A stretch of 64,000 nt of DNA from Steroidobacteraceae bacterium. Its GTDB lineage: Bacteria; Pseudomonadota; Gammaproteobacteria; Steroidobacterales; Steroidobacteraceae. A program made the position numbers and the translations under genes. Positions 28,216-37,661 of this stretch are shown in pieces (positions within the stretch are counted from its first letter, which is position 1; every line of letters begins with the position of its first letter). The stretch spans positions 3,552-67,551 of the forward strand of contig DATENH010000055.1 in assembly GCA_035275145.1 (NCBI GenBank). The letters run 5' to 3'. The notes beneath the pieces were generated by a model. It was given only the letters and a program-made list of their open reading frames with translations. It was not told the DNA's origin and ran no database searches.

Positions 28216-29442
28216 ATGGCAAAACGGACCGGCAGTGCCGATCTTCCCCTGCATGGCGGCCGCGTACCGCCGTGGCTCTCGGCGCGCATGGCCAGGCTCG
28301 GGCGCGTCATCGTCGAGGCGATCGTGCTGGAGCACGGCCGCGACGAGCTGTTGCGCCGGCTGGCGCATCCGTTCTGGTTTCAATCCTTCGGTGCCGTCAT
28401 GGGAATGGACTGGCATTCCTCGGGCATCACGACGAGTGTGATTGGCGCGCTGAAGCGTGGGCTTGCGCCGGTGCAAGACGAGTTGGGCATCTATGTCTGC
28501 GGCGGTAAAGGTGCACAGTCGCGCCGCACGCCGTTGGAATTGACCGTCATCGGCGAGCGCACCGGCCTCGACGCTGCAGCGCTGACGCACGCGAGCCGTC
28601 TGGTGGCCAAGGTCGATAGCGCGGCAGTTCAAGATGGCTTCGATCTCTACCTGCACGGATTCTTCGTTAGCGGCGACGGCCACTGGTGCGTGGTACAGCA
28701 AGGGATGAGTGAAGCCCGGCGCGAAGCACGGCGCTATCACTGGCTGTCCGAGAGTCTGCAGAGCTTCCTGGATTCGCCCCATGCAGCCATCGAGGGGAAG
28801 AATCAGGGTGCGATCGTGAATCTTGCCGACACACGCGCAGAACGCAATCGACAGGCCGGTCTCGAGCTCGTGCGTGCGGGACCTGACCAGCCCGTGAGCT
28901 TGTTGCGACGCTGGCGCGATTCGGGGAACGGATCGCTTACGTTGTTCCCGGAGACTCTACCGGTCCCCCATCTGCACCTGCCCGCCCATCACGACGTTCG
29001 GCCTACGGACGTCATGCTTCGGCGCCTGCATGCGACGCTTGCGGCTGCTGCTGACCGCGGTCCGAGTGACTTTGTCGATCTGCTGCTGACGCCAGGTGTG
29101 GGTGCGCGCACGGTCGCTGCGCTGGCGTTGGTCGCGGAAGTCGTGCATGGCGCGCCTGCGCGCTTCAGCGATCCGGCGCGATTCTCATTGGCGCACGGCG
29201 GCAAGGACGGACATCCGTTTCCTGTGCCGCTGGCCGTGTACGACACGACCATTCGTGTGCTGAAGGATGCTGTCGCACGCGCCAGGCTAGGCAATGACGA
29301 TCGGCTCGCCGCGATTCGCCAGCTGGACGAACAAGCCCGCCTGCTCGAAGGACGCGTTGCCGGGACATCCTTCGAGGCCTTCCTCGAGAAGGAGCGTGCG
29401 CATGCCATCGAGTACGGCGGTCGAACTGTAGTCGGGCCGTAG
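28216..29442 (+). CDS. DUF763-family protein
   Basis: 'ADLPLHGGRVPPWL...HPFWFQSFGAVMGMDWHSSGITTSVIGALK'. The C-terminal half holds an HhH-like 'LLLTPGVGARTVAALAL'. Confidence 0.85.
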   Translation: MAKRTGSADLPLHGGRVPPWLSARMARLGRVIVEAIVLEHGRDELLRRLAHPFWFQSFGAVMGMDWHSSGITTSVIGALKRGLAPVQDELGIYVCGGKGAQSRRTPLELTVIGERTGLDAAALTHASRLVAKVDSAAVQDGFDLYLHGFFVSGDGHWCVVQQGMSEARREARRYHWLSESLQSFLDSPHAAIEGKNQGAIVNLADTRAERNRQAGLELVRAGPDQPVSLLRRWRDSGNGSLTLFPETLPVPHLHLPAHHDVRPTDVMLRRLHATLAAAADRGPSDFVDLLLTPGVGARTVAALALVAEVVHGAPARFSDPARFSLAHGGKDGHPFPVPLAVYDTTIRVLKDAVARARLGNDDRLAAIRQLDEQARLLEGRVAGTSFEAFLEKERAHAIEYGGRTVVGP

Positions 29443-29462
29443 GAGGAACACGCGAGGTTCAC

Positions 29463-29894
29463 ATGGCGTTCTGGCTGCAGTTCGCTCGCGGCGCTCGCGG
29501 CGCTCGCGGCGATTCCGCTGTTCGTATTGACGCATGCGGGCCAAGGATGACTCGACACACATTCGATCTGCTGCTCGAAGTGCTCGACCATGAGGTCACG
29601 GATGTCGACGACGTGTCGTGCGGCATGGTCGACGACATCGAGCTGAGCAATACGCCGGAGGGTCCAGTGGTCAGTGCCTTGCTCATTGGTCCCGGTGCCT
29701 GGATACCGAGGCTGCCAGCGATGCTGCAATGGGTCGCCCCAAAGGTCCTTGGTTCGGCGACAGTCCGTGTGCCATGGGACGAGGTGGAGCGCGTGGCGGA
29801 AACGATCAAGCTCAAGTCGACAGCCGGCGCGCTGGGCCTCGGGCGACTCGACAGGAGGGTGGGAGCATGGCTGAGCCGCAAGCCCGAATCCTAG
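29463..29894 (+). CDS. PRC-barrel-like protein
   Basis: 'LLLEVLDHEVTDVDDVSCGMVDDIEL' looks PRC-barrel-like. The start is uncertain: ATG 29463 (GAGG at -6) or ATG 29547. Confidence 0.5.
   Translation: MAFWLQFARGARGARGDSAVRIDACGPRMTRHTFDLLLEVLDHEVTDVDDVSCGMVDDIELSNTPEGPVVSALLIGPGAWIPRLPAMLQWVAPKVLGSATVRVPWDEVERVAETIKLKSTAGALGLGRLDRRVGAWLSRKPES
29483..29509 (+). repeat. perfect 9-bp tandem repeat (CGCTCGCGG) x3
   Basis: Read directly from the sequence. It is in-frame and encodes ARG-ARG-ARG if the long start is used. Confidence 0.9.
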
Positions 29895-30142
29895 CGAGTG
29901 CCTGCGCGATGGAGTTGAAGAAGGTCGTGACTGCGGACGGCCGCATGCTCGGCCGCGTCTTCGACCTGCGCTGCCGGTGGGAACCCGGCGCGCGAGCTCC
30001 GGTCGTCGATCAGGTCGTCTTCGGCAAGCTGGGGCTGCTCGAGCGCGCTGGCTTGCGTCAATTCAAGCCGCGCTCGGTGCACTGGTATCTGGTCGAAGCG
30101 GTTCGCGGCGACGAAGTCGTCGTCGCCGCCAGCAAGCGCTAG
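29867..30142 (+). CDS. PRC-barrel-like small protein
   Basis: ATG at 29867 preceded by GGAGGGTGGGAGC. 'VVTADGRMLGRVFDL'. Overlaps the previous ORF by 28 nt. Confidence 0.5.
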   Translation: MAEPQARILASACAMELKKVVTADGRMLGRVFDLRCRWEPGARAPVVDQVVFGKLGLLERAGLRQFKPRSVHWYLVEAVRGDEVVVAASKR

Positions 30143-30149
30143 CAGTCTT

Positions 30150-30569
30150 TCAATCGAGCATATTGGCCGGCACCTTCCCACCGTGCGCCGCCAGCTCTTT
30201 CATCACGCGCTTGTGCAGCCAGATATTCATCGCAGCGGAATCCCCGGGGTCGCCGGTATAGCCGAGCTCGCGGGCGAGCTCCCTGCGATTCTCGAAGCTC
30301 GAGTCCATTCCGACGAGCTTCATCAGATCTACGATCGACGTGCGCCAGTTCAATTTCTGGCCATTGTCGGCAGCCATCTTTTCCAGGACTGCTTCGACAT
30401 CGACCGTTTGCTGCGCGGGCGCTGCCGCTGGTCTTTGCGGCGGAGCGGTCGTGCCGCTGCTTGCTGACGGTGTGCGGTTAGCTGTCGGTGCTGGACTGGC
30501 CGGCGTGTTGGGTCGCGCAGCGGCCTTGTTGCCGAAGATGGCGTCTTTGATCTTGCTGAAGATACTCAT
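30150..30569 (-). CDS. DUF3597-like protein
   Basis: 'MSIFSKIKDAIFG' N-terminus, a Pro/Ala-rich linker and a conserved C-terminal domain. Confidence 0.8.
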   Translation of the reverse strand: MSIFSKIKDAIFGNKAAARPNTPASPAPTANRTPSASSGTTAPPQRPAAAPAQQTVDVEAVLEKMAADNGQKLNWRTSIVDLMKLVGMDSSFENRRELARELGYTGDPGDSAAMNIWLHKRVMKELAAHGGKVPANMLD

Positions 30570-30647
30570 AAACCCTCGTCATCGATGCCCATGCGAGGCG
30601 CTTGCCCCGAGTGAGAAAGGAACGATGACTGGGTCTGTTAGTTCCGT

Positions 30648-31127
30648 TCACCGCGTCGCCGCACGTACGAAGATCGCATCGCCGATCTTGTTGAACGCCA
30701 CCTGGTAAGCCTTGGGATCGAGGATCGGCGTATCGCGATCCGTCGTCTGCCCCTCCTTGCTGGATTGATGCTTGCTGTCGACGAAGTTCAGCCGGACCGT
30801 GACGAAGCCCGGGCGTATTTCCTCCACGAAAGCGGTGGCCCGCGTCTGCGCACTCGTGGACGAGTCCTCGAGGATCTCCCACCAGCCGTTCCTGCTGCCC
30901 GTCGGGCTCGACGCAGTGATGAATCCGGTGTCGATATCGGCGCTTTGCACGATGTAACCCAGATCCTGGAACACGCTGAGCACTGAGCCGAACGCGACGC
31001 GCTTGTGCGTTTCGAATTCCTGACTCTGGAATGCCTGGATCTGCAGCGGCGTAGGAGGCGGCGGCGCGATGGCGCAACCGGCAATCCACAAACAGACGCA
31101 GAGGAACGTGACGCTCGAAGTTTTCAT
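30648..31127 (-). CDS. lipoprotein, unknown function
   Basis: Signal with lipobox 'LWIAGC'. 159 aa. Confidence 0.65.
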   Translation of the reverse strand: MKTSSVTFLCVCLWIAGCAIAPPPPTPLQIQAFQSQEFETHKRVAFGSVLSVFQDLGYIVQSADIDTGFITASSPTGSRNGWWEILEDSSTSAQTRATAFVEEIRPGFVTVRLNFVDSKHQSSKEGQTTDRDTPILDPKAYQVAFNKIGDAIFVRAATR

Positions 31128-31145
31128 GGGCCGTCCTTGTCCTTG

Positions 31146-31559
31146 TCAGAAGTCGCTGCTACGGCTGCGAAAGTCCGAGACGACCTTGTTGGCGTCGAAC
31201 TTGATGAGCAACGTCATGGTGCGCTGGGTCTGCTCGAAACCGGCCGCCTTGGCCGTGCCGCCCGTAAGAACGATCGTCCAATAGTTGCTCACCGACGAGG
31301 ATTCGGCGACCGTCGCCTGGCGTTGATAAGTCCAAACTTCCTGGTTCGAGCCATCGATCGAGGTGATGTTCGGAGCGCCGAATGCTTCCAGCACCTGCGT
31401 CTGCGTCGTCTCGCCCACGTGCAGATTCAGCTGCACGTTGCCATGGGTCAGATCGCTGTTCTTGCTCGGACCCGGACGCTCGGGGAGCTGGGGAGGTTGC
31501 ACGCAAGCCATGCACAAAGTTGCCGCGAGAGTTGCGGTTGCGAAGAGTCGGGCTGACAC
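31146..31559 (-). CDS. probable lipoprotein, unknown function
   Basis: Signal 'LAATLCMAC'. 137 aa. Sits 18 nt upstream of the next lipoprotein gene. Confidence 0.55.
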   Translation of the reverse strand: MSARLFATATLAATLCMACVQPPQLPERPGPSKNSDLTHGNVQLNLHVGETTQTQVLEAFGAPNITSIDGSNQEVWTYQRQATVAESSSVSNYWTIVLTGGTAKAAGFEQTQRTMTLLIKFDANKVVSDFRSRSSDF

Positions 31560-31677
31560 GCTGAGTCCTTTCGAGCCTGAACGGCCCGCGCTGATGGAGA
31601 GAGCAATGCTTCGTGGATCGGAGCAGTGTCGCTCCGAAACCCTGAACCCTCACTGACTGCTCGACGTGTTTTGTCGT

Positions 31678-32112
31678 TCAGGATTTCGGCAGCAGGGTTG
31701 CGTGACCGGCGAGCAGCTTCCAACCTGAATCGGTCTTGACCCACGTATCAGTGACGAGCACGAAAACGTCGAATGCCCGGCCCTGGTAACTGCCTTGCTG
31801 ATGCAGCTTGCCGGTGAGCACTGCAGTGGCGTTCAGCACCCGCACTTTGACGTTTTCTGTTTCGTTCACTTCCAGCTTGAGCTCGGGTGAACCAATCTCG
31901 GCGAGCAGATCGCTCTTGCTCTTCGTCTTGCCGGCTGACGTCGTCAGGATGAAATCTTCAGCATAAAACGCTGCCGCTTTGGCAGCCTCGTTGTTCTTGA
32001 TCGATGCGTTCAGCTGCACATCCGCCTGGATGACCTGCGTTGCAGGATCCAGCTCCTGGGACAGAGCCGGTGTAGCGCTCAGGATCAGTGAAAGGAGCGT
32101 TGTGAATTTCAT
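31678..32112 (-). CDS. secreted SnoaL/DUF4440-like (NTF2-fold) protein
   Basis: ATG at 32112, a signal peptide, and 'FYAEDFILTTSAGKT...DTWVKTDSGWKLLAGH'. Confidence 0.7.
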   Translation of the reverse strand: MKFTTLLSLILSATPALSQELDPATQVIQADVQLNASIKNNEAAKAAAFYAEDFILTTSAGKTKSKSDLLAEIGSPELKLEVNETENVKVRVLNATAVLTGKLHQQGSYQGRAFDVFVLVTDTWVKTDSGWKLLAGHATLLPKS

Positions 32113-32217
32113 AGTGCTGCCGTAGATAGCAAGTCCGCCAGCGCGCGAATACCAACGTTGGATAGGTTCCTCTGCTATCGACGACCGCGTAGAGTGCACG
32201 CACCCGGAGGACTTCAC

Positions 32218-32532
32218 ATGACTGCACCCATGACTCGCCGCCGGCTGCTGCGTGTCAGCGCGATTTCCGCAACCGCTGTACCGCTTGCAGCGCTCTTCAC
32301 GCGAACTGCTCGTGGAGCGGACGCGCCGCTGATCGCGCCGACGGATCCCGCAGCCGTCGCCGTCAAGTACGTCGAAGATGCCGCGCAGGCAAAGAGCGCC
32401 GAGTCCGGCAGCAACTGCGCAAATTGCGCGCTATATGACGGGGGTCCTGACTCCACCCAAGGCCCATGCTCGGTCTTCGGCGGCAAGCAGGTGAAAGCTG
32501 CCGGCTGGTGCACCGCCTGGACTTCGTTATGA
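32218..32532 (+). CDS. high-potential iron-sulfur protein (HiPIP) with Tat signal
   Basis: GGAGG SD, twin-Arg 'TRRRLL', and Cys ligands in 'CANCALY...GPCSVF...GWCTAW'. Confidence 0.85.
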   Translation: MTAPMTRRRLLRVSAISATAVPLAALFTRTARGADAPLIAPTDPAAVAVKYVEDAAQAKSAESGSNCANCALYDGGPDSTQGPCSVFGGKQVKAAGWCTAWTSL

Positions 32533-32644
32533 GGCTGAAGCGCGATTGTTGATCGCCAGGCAACACTGATGTGGAGCGGGGCGGATTTATCGCCCAGCCG
32601 CGCCGCGAGAGGATGCTGTCCACGGACCAACGGACAGAGCATCC

Positions 32645-33316
32645 ATGAATATCCGCAGAGCAATCGTAGTCGCCGCATTCCTCGCCCTCGCATCGCTGCG
32701 CGTGCTCGCAGCCGACGCCGTGCAATCTGCGCGACCGGATCCCGAACTGATGAACCGGATGGGTCTGCTGTATGCGACGGGAACGGGCGTGCCTCAGGAT
32801 TACGTTGCAGCGCTGGCCTGGTATCAGCGCGCGGCAGAGGGCGGGTCCACCAGCGCGATGAACAACATCGCGACCCTGTACTTCCATGGTTTCGGAGTGC
32901 CGCAGAGCTACGAGGAGACAGCGAAATGGCTGCGACTCGCGGTGAAGCAGGGCGACGCAACCGCTCAAAACAGGCTCGGTGCCCTGTATGACGACGGCCT
33001 GGGCGTTGCGAAGAGCGCTCACGACGCGTTCGAGCTATTCAGCCTCTCAGCCGCTCAAGGCTATGCGCCGGGCATGGCGAACCTCGGACGAGCTTATGCG
33101 CGCGGCAATGGCGTGAAGAAGGACGAGATACATGCCTACACGCTGATCTCCGCTGCCGTCGAAATCGGCCTGCGACAGCGCGACCGCGACGCCGCGCTGT
33201 ACGAACTGGGCGCGCTCTCGCAGCGGCTCGATGCGAAGCAACTCGAGCGCGCACAGGCGGACGCTCGCACTCTGGTAGGGACGCGGTCCAAAGAGGACAC
33301 CTATACCTTGATCTAA
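32645..33316 (+). CDS. Sel1-repeat (TPR-like) secreted protein
   Basis: Signal peptide and 4-5 repeats of the form 'G.GV..D...A..WY..AA..G'. Confidence 0.85.
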   Translation: MNIRRAIVVAAFLALASLRVLAADAVQSARPDPELMNRMGLLYATGTGVPQDYVAALAWYQRAAEGGSTSAMNNIATLYFHGFGVPQSYEETAKWLRLAVKQGDATAQNRLGALYDDGLGVAKSAHDAFELFSLSAAQGYAPGMANLGRAYARGNGVKKDEIHAYTLISAAVEIGLRQRDRDAALYELGALSQRLDAKQLERAQADARTLVGTRSKEDTYTLI

Positions 33317-33379
33317 TCGCGGATTGCAGCGGCCTTCGCATACGCTCGACCGGGAGCAAATTCGTCCGGAGCGAGCGCG

Positions 33380-34474
33380 ATGTCCCTTCGTATCTGTTGC
33401 GGCGTACTCGGCCTGGCTTGCGCTTCACTGGTGCAAGCAGCGGATGACGGCGGCCAGTTCTACGGCCTGCTGCGCCAGCGGGATCTCTCACCCTTCGGCT
33501 TCCTGCGCCTCGACATGCGTCCGGCGCATGCCTTGTCGATCGAGCCCGGCAGCTGGGCGCTCGAGACCGAGATCGGCTATCAGAACACCTGGGCGTTGAG
33601 CCCGGAGGTCGAGGACTATTTCACCAGCCTGGAGCCGACCGGGCGGCGCCGCCTCGGGCCGGCTGAAGTGCAGGCGATCCAGGCTTTGCCGGGCGAGAAC
33701 TACGAGCTCGACATCGAGACCGCGCTGTTCGACGTGACGTTCCACTACAAGCTGTCACGCGACTGGACCGTGTACGGGATCGTCAGCGGCATCACTTACC
33801 AGGGCGGCTTTCTCGACAGCACGATCGAGAGCTTCCACGACACCTTCGGCTTCAGCAGCTTCGGCCGCCCCGCGATCGCGCGCAACCAGGCGTCGCTCGT
33901 TTACGACCTGAAGGGCGGGCAGACGGTGTTCCTGGAAAAACCGACCGATGGCGGCTTCCTCGATCCCGTGATCGGCGCCCGCTACACCGGATGGCAGCCC
34001 TTTGACAGTTGGCGTCTCTCGCTCGAAGCAGCTACGAAGCTGGCGGTCGGTGGCGAGAGGTTGCTGCTGTCGACGGGTAAAACCGACTACGGCATGCAGG
34101 CATCGCTGCAGCATCCGGGCATTCGCCATGCGTTCTACATCGATGTCGCGGCGGTCTACTACTCCGGCGCCGATCAACCTGCGCCGCAGGAATCGCAGGT
34201 CATTCCCACGCTGGTGCTGGGCTACGAGTACCAGCTCACTGCGCGCACTAATCTAAATCTGCAGGCCTACGTCAGCACCAGCCCGTACACGGACGAGGTG
34301 ACGGATCTCGATGAGCTGACCGGCATGAAGTACCAGTACACGCTCGGCGTGCGCCACCGCTACGACAACATGATCTTCACGTTCGGCTTCACCGAGAACG
34401 TGCAGAACATCAACAACACGCCGGACATCGGCTTGCAGCTAGGCTTCGCTTACGTTCCGCATCTCCGCAGGTGA
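33380..34474 (+). CDS. DUF3187-like outer-membrane beta-barrel protein
   Basis: Signal peptide, alternating beta pattern and a terminal aromatic-rich strand. Family recalled from memory. Confidence 0.7.
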   Translation: MSLRICCGVLGLACASLVQAADDGGQFYGLLRQRDLSPFGFLRLDMRPAHALSIEPGSWALETEIGYQNTWALSPEVEDYFTSLEPTGRRRLGPAEVQAIQALPGENYELDIETALFDVTFHYKLSRDWTVYGIVSGITYQGGFLDSTIESFHDTFGFSSFGRPAIARNQASLVYDLKGGQTVFLEKPTDGGFLDPVIGARYTGWQPFDSWRLSLEAATKLAVGGERLLLSTGKTDYGMQASLQHPGIRHAFYIDVAAVYYSGADQPAPQESQVIPTLVLGYEYQLTARTNLNLQAYVSTSPYTDEVTDLDELTGMKYQYTLGVRHRYDNMIFTFGFTENVQNINNTPDIGLQLGFAYVPHLRR

Positions 34475-34582
34475 CTAGGGAGTGCGCCCCGCAGCACGCT
34501 CGGATCGCTTGGCTCTCTTCGCCGCACGCTTCTCCTCGAGCGTCTTGGCCGGTTTGCGTTTCTGCTCTCGCTTCTGGTCCAT
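34475..34582 (-). CDS. possible 35-aa Lys/Arg-rich peptide
   Basis: Not in the track because it is under 60 aa. ATG at 34582, 8 nt after the desaturase stop. 'MDQKREQKRKPAKTLEEKRAAKRAKRSERAAGRTP'. The SD is weak. Confidence 0.2.
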   Translation of the reverse strand: MDQKREQKRKPAKTLEEKRAAKRAKRSERAAGRTP

Positions 34583-34590
34583 ACCCTTGC

Positions 34591-35673
34591 TCACGTGCAA
34601 TCCCCTTCAGAGTTGCGGACGGGTCGCGCGGCGTTCTGCCGCTGTCGCTTGATCTGTCGTACGTGCGCATAGCCGACCAGTTTCCTGCTTTGCTCGTCCC
34701 AGAAGTGGAACGTCAGGCAATGGAAGCTGGACCACAGAGTGATCGGCTTGACTTGCTGGAACAACCGCTCGCCCTCGTGGCACTTCTGCAAGTTGTAGTT
34801 GGGGATGCGCGGGCTCAGGTGGTGAATGTGGTGGAAGCCGATACTGGCCGAGAACCATTGCAGCACGCGCGGTAACTTGTAGAAGGAGCTGCCGCGCAGC
34901 GCTGCCGCTGTGTAGTTCCAGTTGTCGCCGCGCTCCCAGTAGGCGTCTTCGAACTGATGCTGCACGTAGAAGAGCCAGACGCCCGCGGCGCCCGCCACCA
35001 GCAGCACGGTCGATTGAATGAGCAGATAGGGCCCGACGCCGAAGATCCAGCTCATCGACGCCACCGTGCAGAGCAGCACCAGGTTCATCCACCAGACCGA
35101 GCGGCGCTGGCGTCGATCCGCCTTGGGCGAAGCGAAACGGTGATTGATCAGGACCAGATAGAACGGGGCGAGCACGAAGAGCACCAGCGGATTGCGCGAC
35201 AGCCGATAGGCGAATCGACGCCACGGCGACGCTTCGAGGTACTCCTGCACGGTCATGGTCCAGATGTCTCCGGTACCGCGCTTGTCGAGATGCCCTGCGG
35301 TGCCGTGATGGATCGAATGCTGCCAACGCCAATGGTCGTACGGCGTGAACGTCAGGGCACCCGTGATGAAGCCGACGATGTCGTTGGCCCGGCGCGAGCG
35401 GAAGTACGAGCCGTGGCCGCAGTCATGAAAGATGACGAACAGGCGCATCAGGAACGCGCCTGCCAGGATCGCGGGCGGGATCGCGAGCCACAGGGAGATT
35501 CCATGTGCATGGTAGATGACATACCAGAGCAGCAAGTACGGAATCAGCGTAGTTGTCAGCTGCCATAGGGCGCGCTTGGTGGAGGCATGCTGATACGGCG
35601 CGACGATGGCGCTCCAGGCTGCTCTATCGACGTGCTCCGGCGCGCCAGCCGCATTCGAATCGACCGTGGTCAT
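34591..35673 (-). CDS. membrane fatty-acid desaturase
   Basis: ATG at 35673. Three His boxes: 'HDCGH', 'HSIHH' and 'HHIHH'. Confidence 0.88.
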   Translation of the reverse strand: MTTVDSNAAGAPEHVDRAAWSAIVAPYQHASTKRALWQLTTTLIPYLLLWYVIYHAHGISLWLAIPPAILAGAFLMRLFVIFHDCGHGSYFRSRRANDIVGFITGALTFTPYDHWRWQHSIHHGTAGHLDKRGTGDIWTMTVQEYLEASPWRRFAYRLSRNPLVLFVLAPFYLVLINHRFASPKADRRQRRSVWWMNLVLLCTVASMSWIFGVGPYLLIQSTVLLVAGAAGVWLFYVQHQFEDAYWERGDNWNYTAAALRGSSFYKLPRVLQWFSASIGFHHIHHLSPRIPNYNLQKCHEGERLFQQVKPITLWSSFHCLTFHFWDEQSRKLVGYAHVRQIKRQRQNAARPVRNSEGDCT

Positions 35674-35807
35674 TGACTGCTCCGCCCGCGATTTTGCGGT
35701 CACTGTACGCGCAGTCCTTGTTCTGCACCATCTGCGCAATCGGCAACCTTGTGGCCCGCCTTGCATTCGGCACACTTTCGCGACTTTTCACGGAAGGAGC
35801 CCAGGAC

Positions 35808-37508
35808 ATGCTCGGATCTCGCGCCGTTGGGGTCATCGCAGCGCTTGCGCTCAGCACGGCTGCCGTTGCCGGGGACGTCGTCCATTTGGAGCAGAACTGG
35901 TCGCCGGAGCTGCGCGAGCAGTTCTATTTCGCGCCGCAGGGCTCGCATCTGATGCCGTATGAGTGGTTCCTGGCCCTGGAGCGGTCGGGCGACCAGACGT
36001 TGTTCTCCTCGCCGCAGAATCTCGCGCGATTTGGCTGGCTCTACCACGACAAAGCATCGCCGCAGCTCAATCCGGGACGCCTGCCTATCGGGATGACGAA
36101 GGAGCCCGCGACGGCGCCGGGCGGCGGCACCTGGCTGGGAATGACTTGCGCCGCTTGCCACACCAGTGATGTGTCGCACGAAGGCAAGGTCGTCCGCATC
36201 GACGGCGCCCCCGCGATGCTCGACTTCGGTTCGTTTCTCGGCGCGCTGTCGAGCGCCGTGCTCGCGTCGAATCCGGCGGTGGACGCGGAAAAGTTCAAGC
36301 GTTTCGCAGCGCGAGTGCACACCGCGCGGCCTGACGGGCCGACGCCAGAGCAGCTCGCTGCGCTGTATCAAGAGTTCGCTGCAAAGTTCGTCGGGCGTGC
36401 CTGGATGCGCACGCCGCCGCTGCCGGCCGGCCCGGGACGCGTCGATGCCTTGACGCAGATCGTCAACTCGCTGGCGGTGTTCTATCTCGGCACGCCGGAG
36501 AATCTGCATCCGCCGGTGGCGCCGACCAGCTTTCCGTTTCTATGGCTGACGCCGCAGTTGGACTTCGTGCAGTGGAATCCCATCGCATCCAGCCCGATCG
36601 CGCGCAACGCCGGCGAAGCGCTCGGCGTGTTCGGCGAAGCCAACTTCGGGCGCGACCCGGCCAGCGCACCGCTCAGCTCGACGGTTCTGTTCGACAAGCT
36701 GTTCGAGATGGAGCAATGGGTCGACGGCTTGTCGCCGCCGAAGTGGCCGGAGCACGTGTTCGGCAGGATCGATCAGACTCGCTGGCGCCGCGGCGCCGCG
36801 CTGTTTCAAGCCGATTGTCGCGGCTGCCACAACATGCCGCCGTTCGACATGACGCGCAAGGAAGACAACATCGCGGGCAAGCAATTCATCAAGATCACTC
36901 GCGTCCCGTTTCAGAGCGTCGGCACCGATCCGCAGTACGTGCAGAGCCTGGTGGGCCGCTTCGTGCAGACGGGCGGGCTCGGCTCGACGTTGTTCGGCGG
37001 CAGGGCAGTGGTGCCGGGCGCGGAGTTCTTCGCTACGACCACCGCGGCTGTGTTGAGGAAGGGCCTCGTCGACGCGAAACTTTCCGGCGAGCAGCAGCTC
37101 GCCTACAACGGCTTCCGCTTCTATCCGAAGGCGAATCCGAGCGACCCGAACGAGCAGCTCCGTCCCTGGCGGCCGCCGTCGCTCACCGGAATCAAAGCGG
37201 GTCCGCTGCTGGGAATCTGGGCGACGGGTCCGTTCTTCCACAACGGCTCAGTGCCGAATCTCTACGAAGTGCTGTCGCCGCCCGAGCAGCGCTCGCAGAC
37301 TTTCTGGATCGGCAGCTCGGAGCTCGACACCCAGAAGCTCGGTTTCGTTTCGAAGGAACGCGCCGGCCTGTTCAAGTTCGACACGCAGCTGCCGGGCAAT
37401 CGCAATGTCGGGCACGCGTATCCGAAGCAGTCGTACACGCACGAGCAAAGGCTCGATGTCATCGAGTTCCTGAAGGACCCGCAACGCTTCGCGACGACGA
37501 CGCCCTGA
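35808..37508 (+). CDS. di-haem cytochrome c-family protein (peroxidase-like)
   Basis: GGAAGGAG SD, a signal peptide and two haem sites (CAACH and CRGCH). Confidence 0.8.
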   Translation: MLGSRAVGVIAALALSTAAVAGDVVHLEQNWSPELREQFYFAPQGSHLMPYEWFLALERSGDQTLFSSPQNLARFGWLYHDKASPQLNPGRLPIGMTKEPATAPGGGTWLGMTCAACHTSDVSHEGKVVRIDGAPAMLDFGSFLGALSSAVLASNPAVDAEKFKRFAARVHTARPDGPTPEQLAALYQEFAAKFVGRAWMRTPPLPAGPGRVDALTQIVNSLAVFYLGTPENLHPPVAPTSFPFLWLTPQLDFVQWNPIASSPIARNAGEALGVFGEANFGRDPASAPLSSTVLFDKLFEMEQWVDGLSPPKWPEHVFGRIDQTRWRRGAALFQADCRGCHNMPPFDMTRKEDNIAGKQFIKITRVPFQSVGTDPQYVQSLVGRFVQTGGLGSTLFGGRAVVPGAEFFATTTAAVLRKGLVDAKLSGEQQLAYNGFRFYPKANPSDPNEQLRPWRPPSLTGIKAGPLLGIWATGPFFHNGSVPNLYEVLSPPEQRSQTFWIGSSELDTQKLGFVSKERAGLFKFDTQLPGNRNVGHAYPKQSYTHEQRLDVIEFLKDPQRFATTTP

Positions 37509-37661
37509 CGCCCATCCTCCGTGCCAGGCCGCGGCAGCCATGACGATCCGGGCCATTCGCGTCTCCTGTCGTTAGCGACTTGACGTAACCGGGCGGCACG
37601 GAACCCTGCGCGCGTCCTGGTCGTGTTTCCTTCTGAGCACTGTGCTCGATAAGAGTCATCC

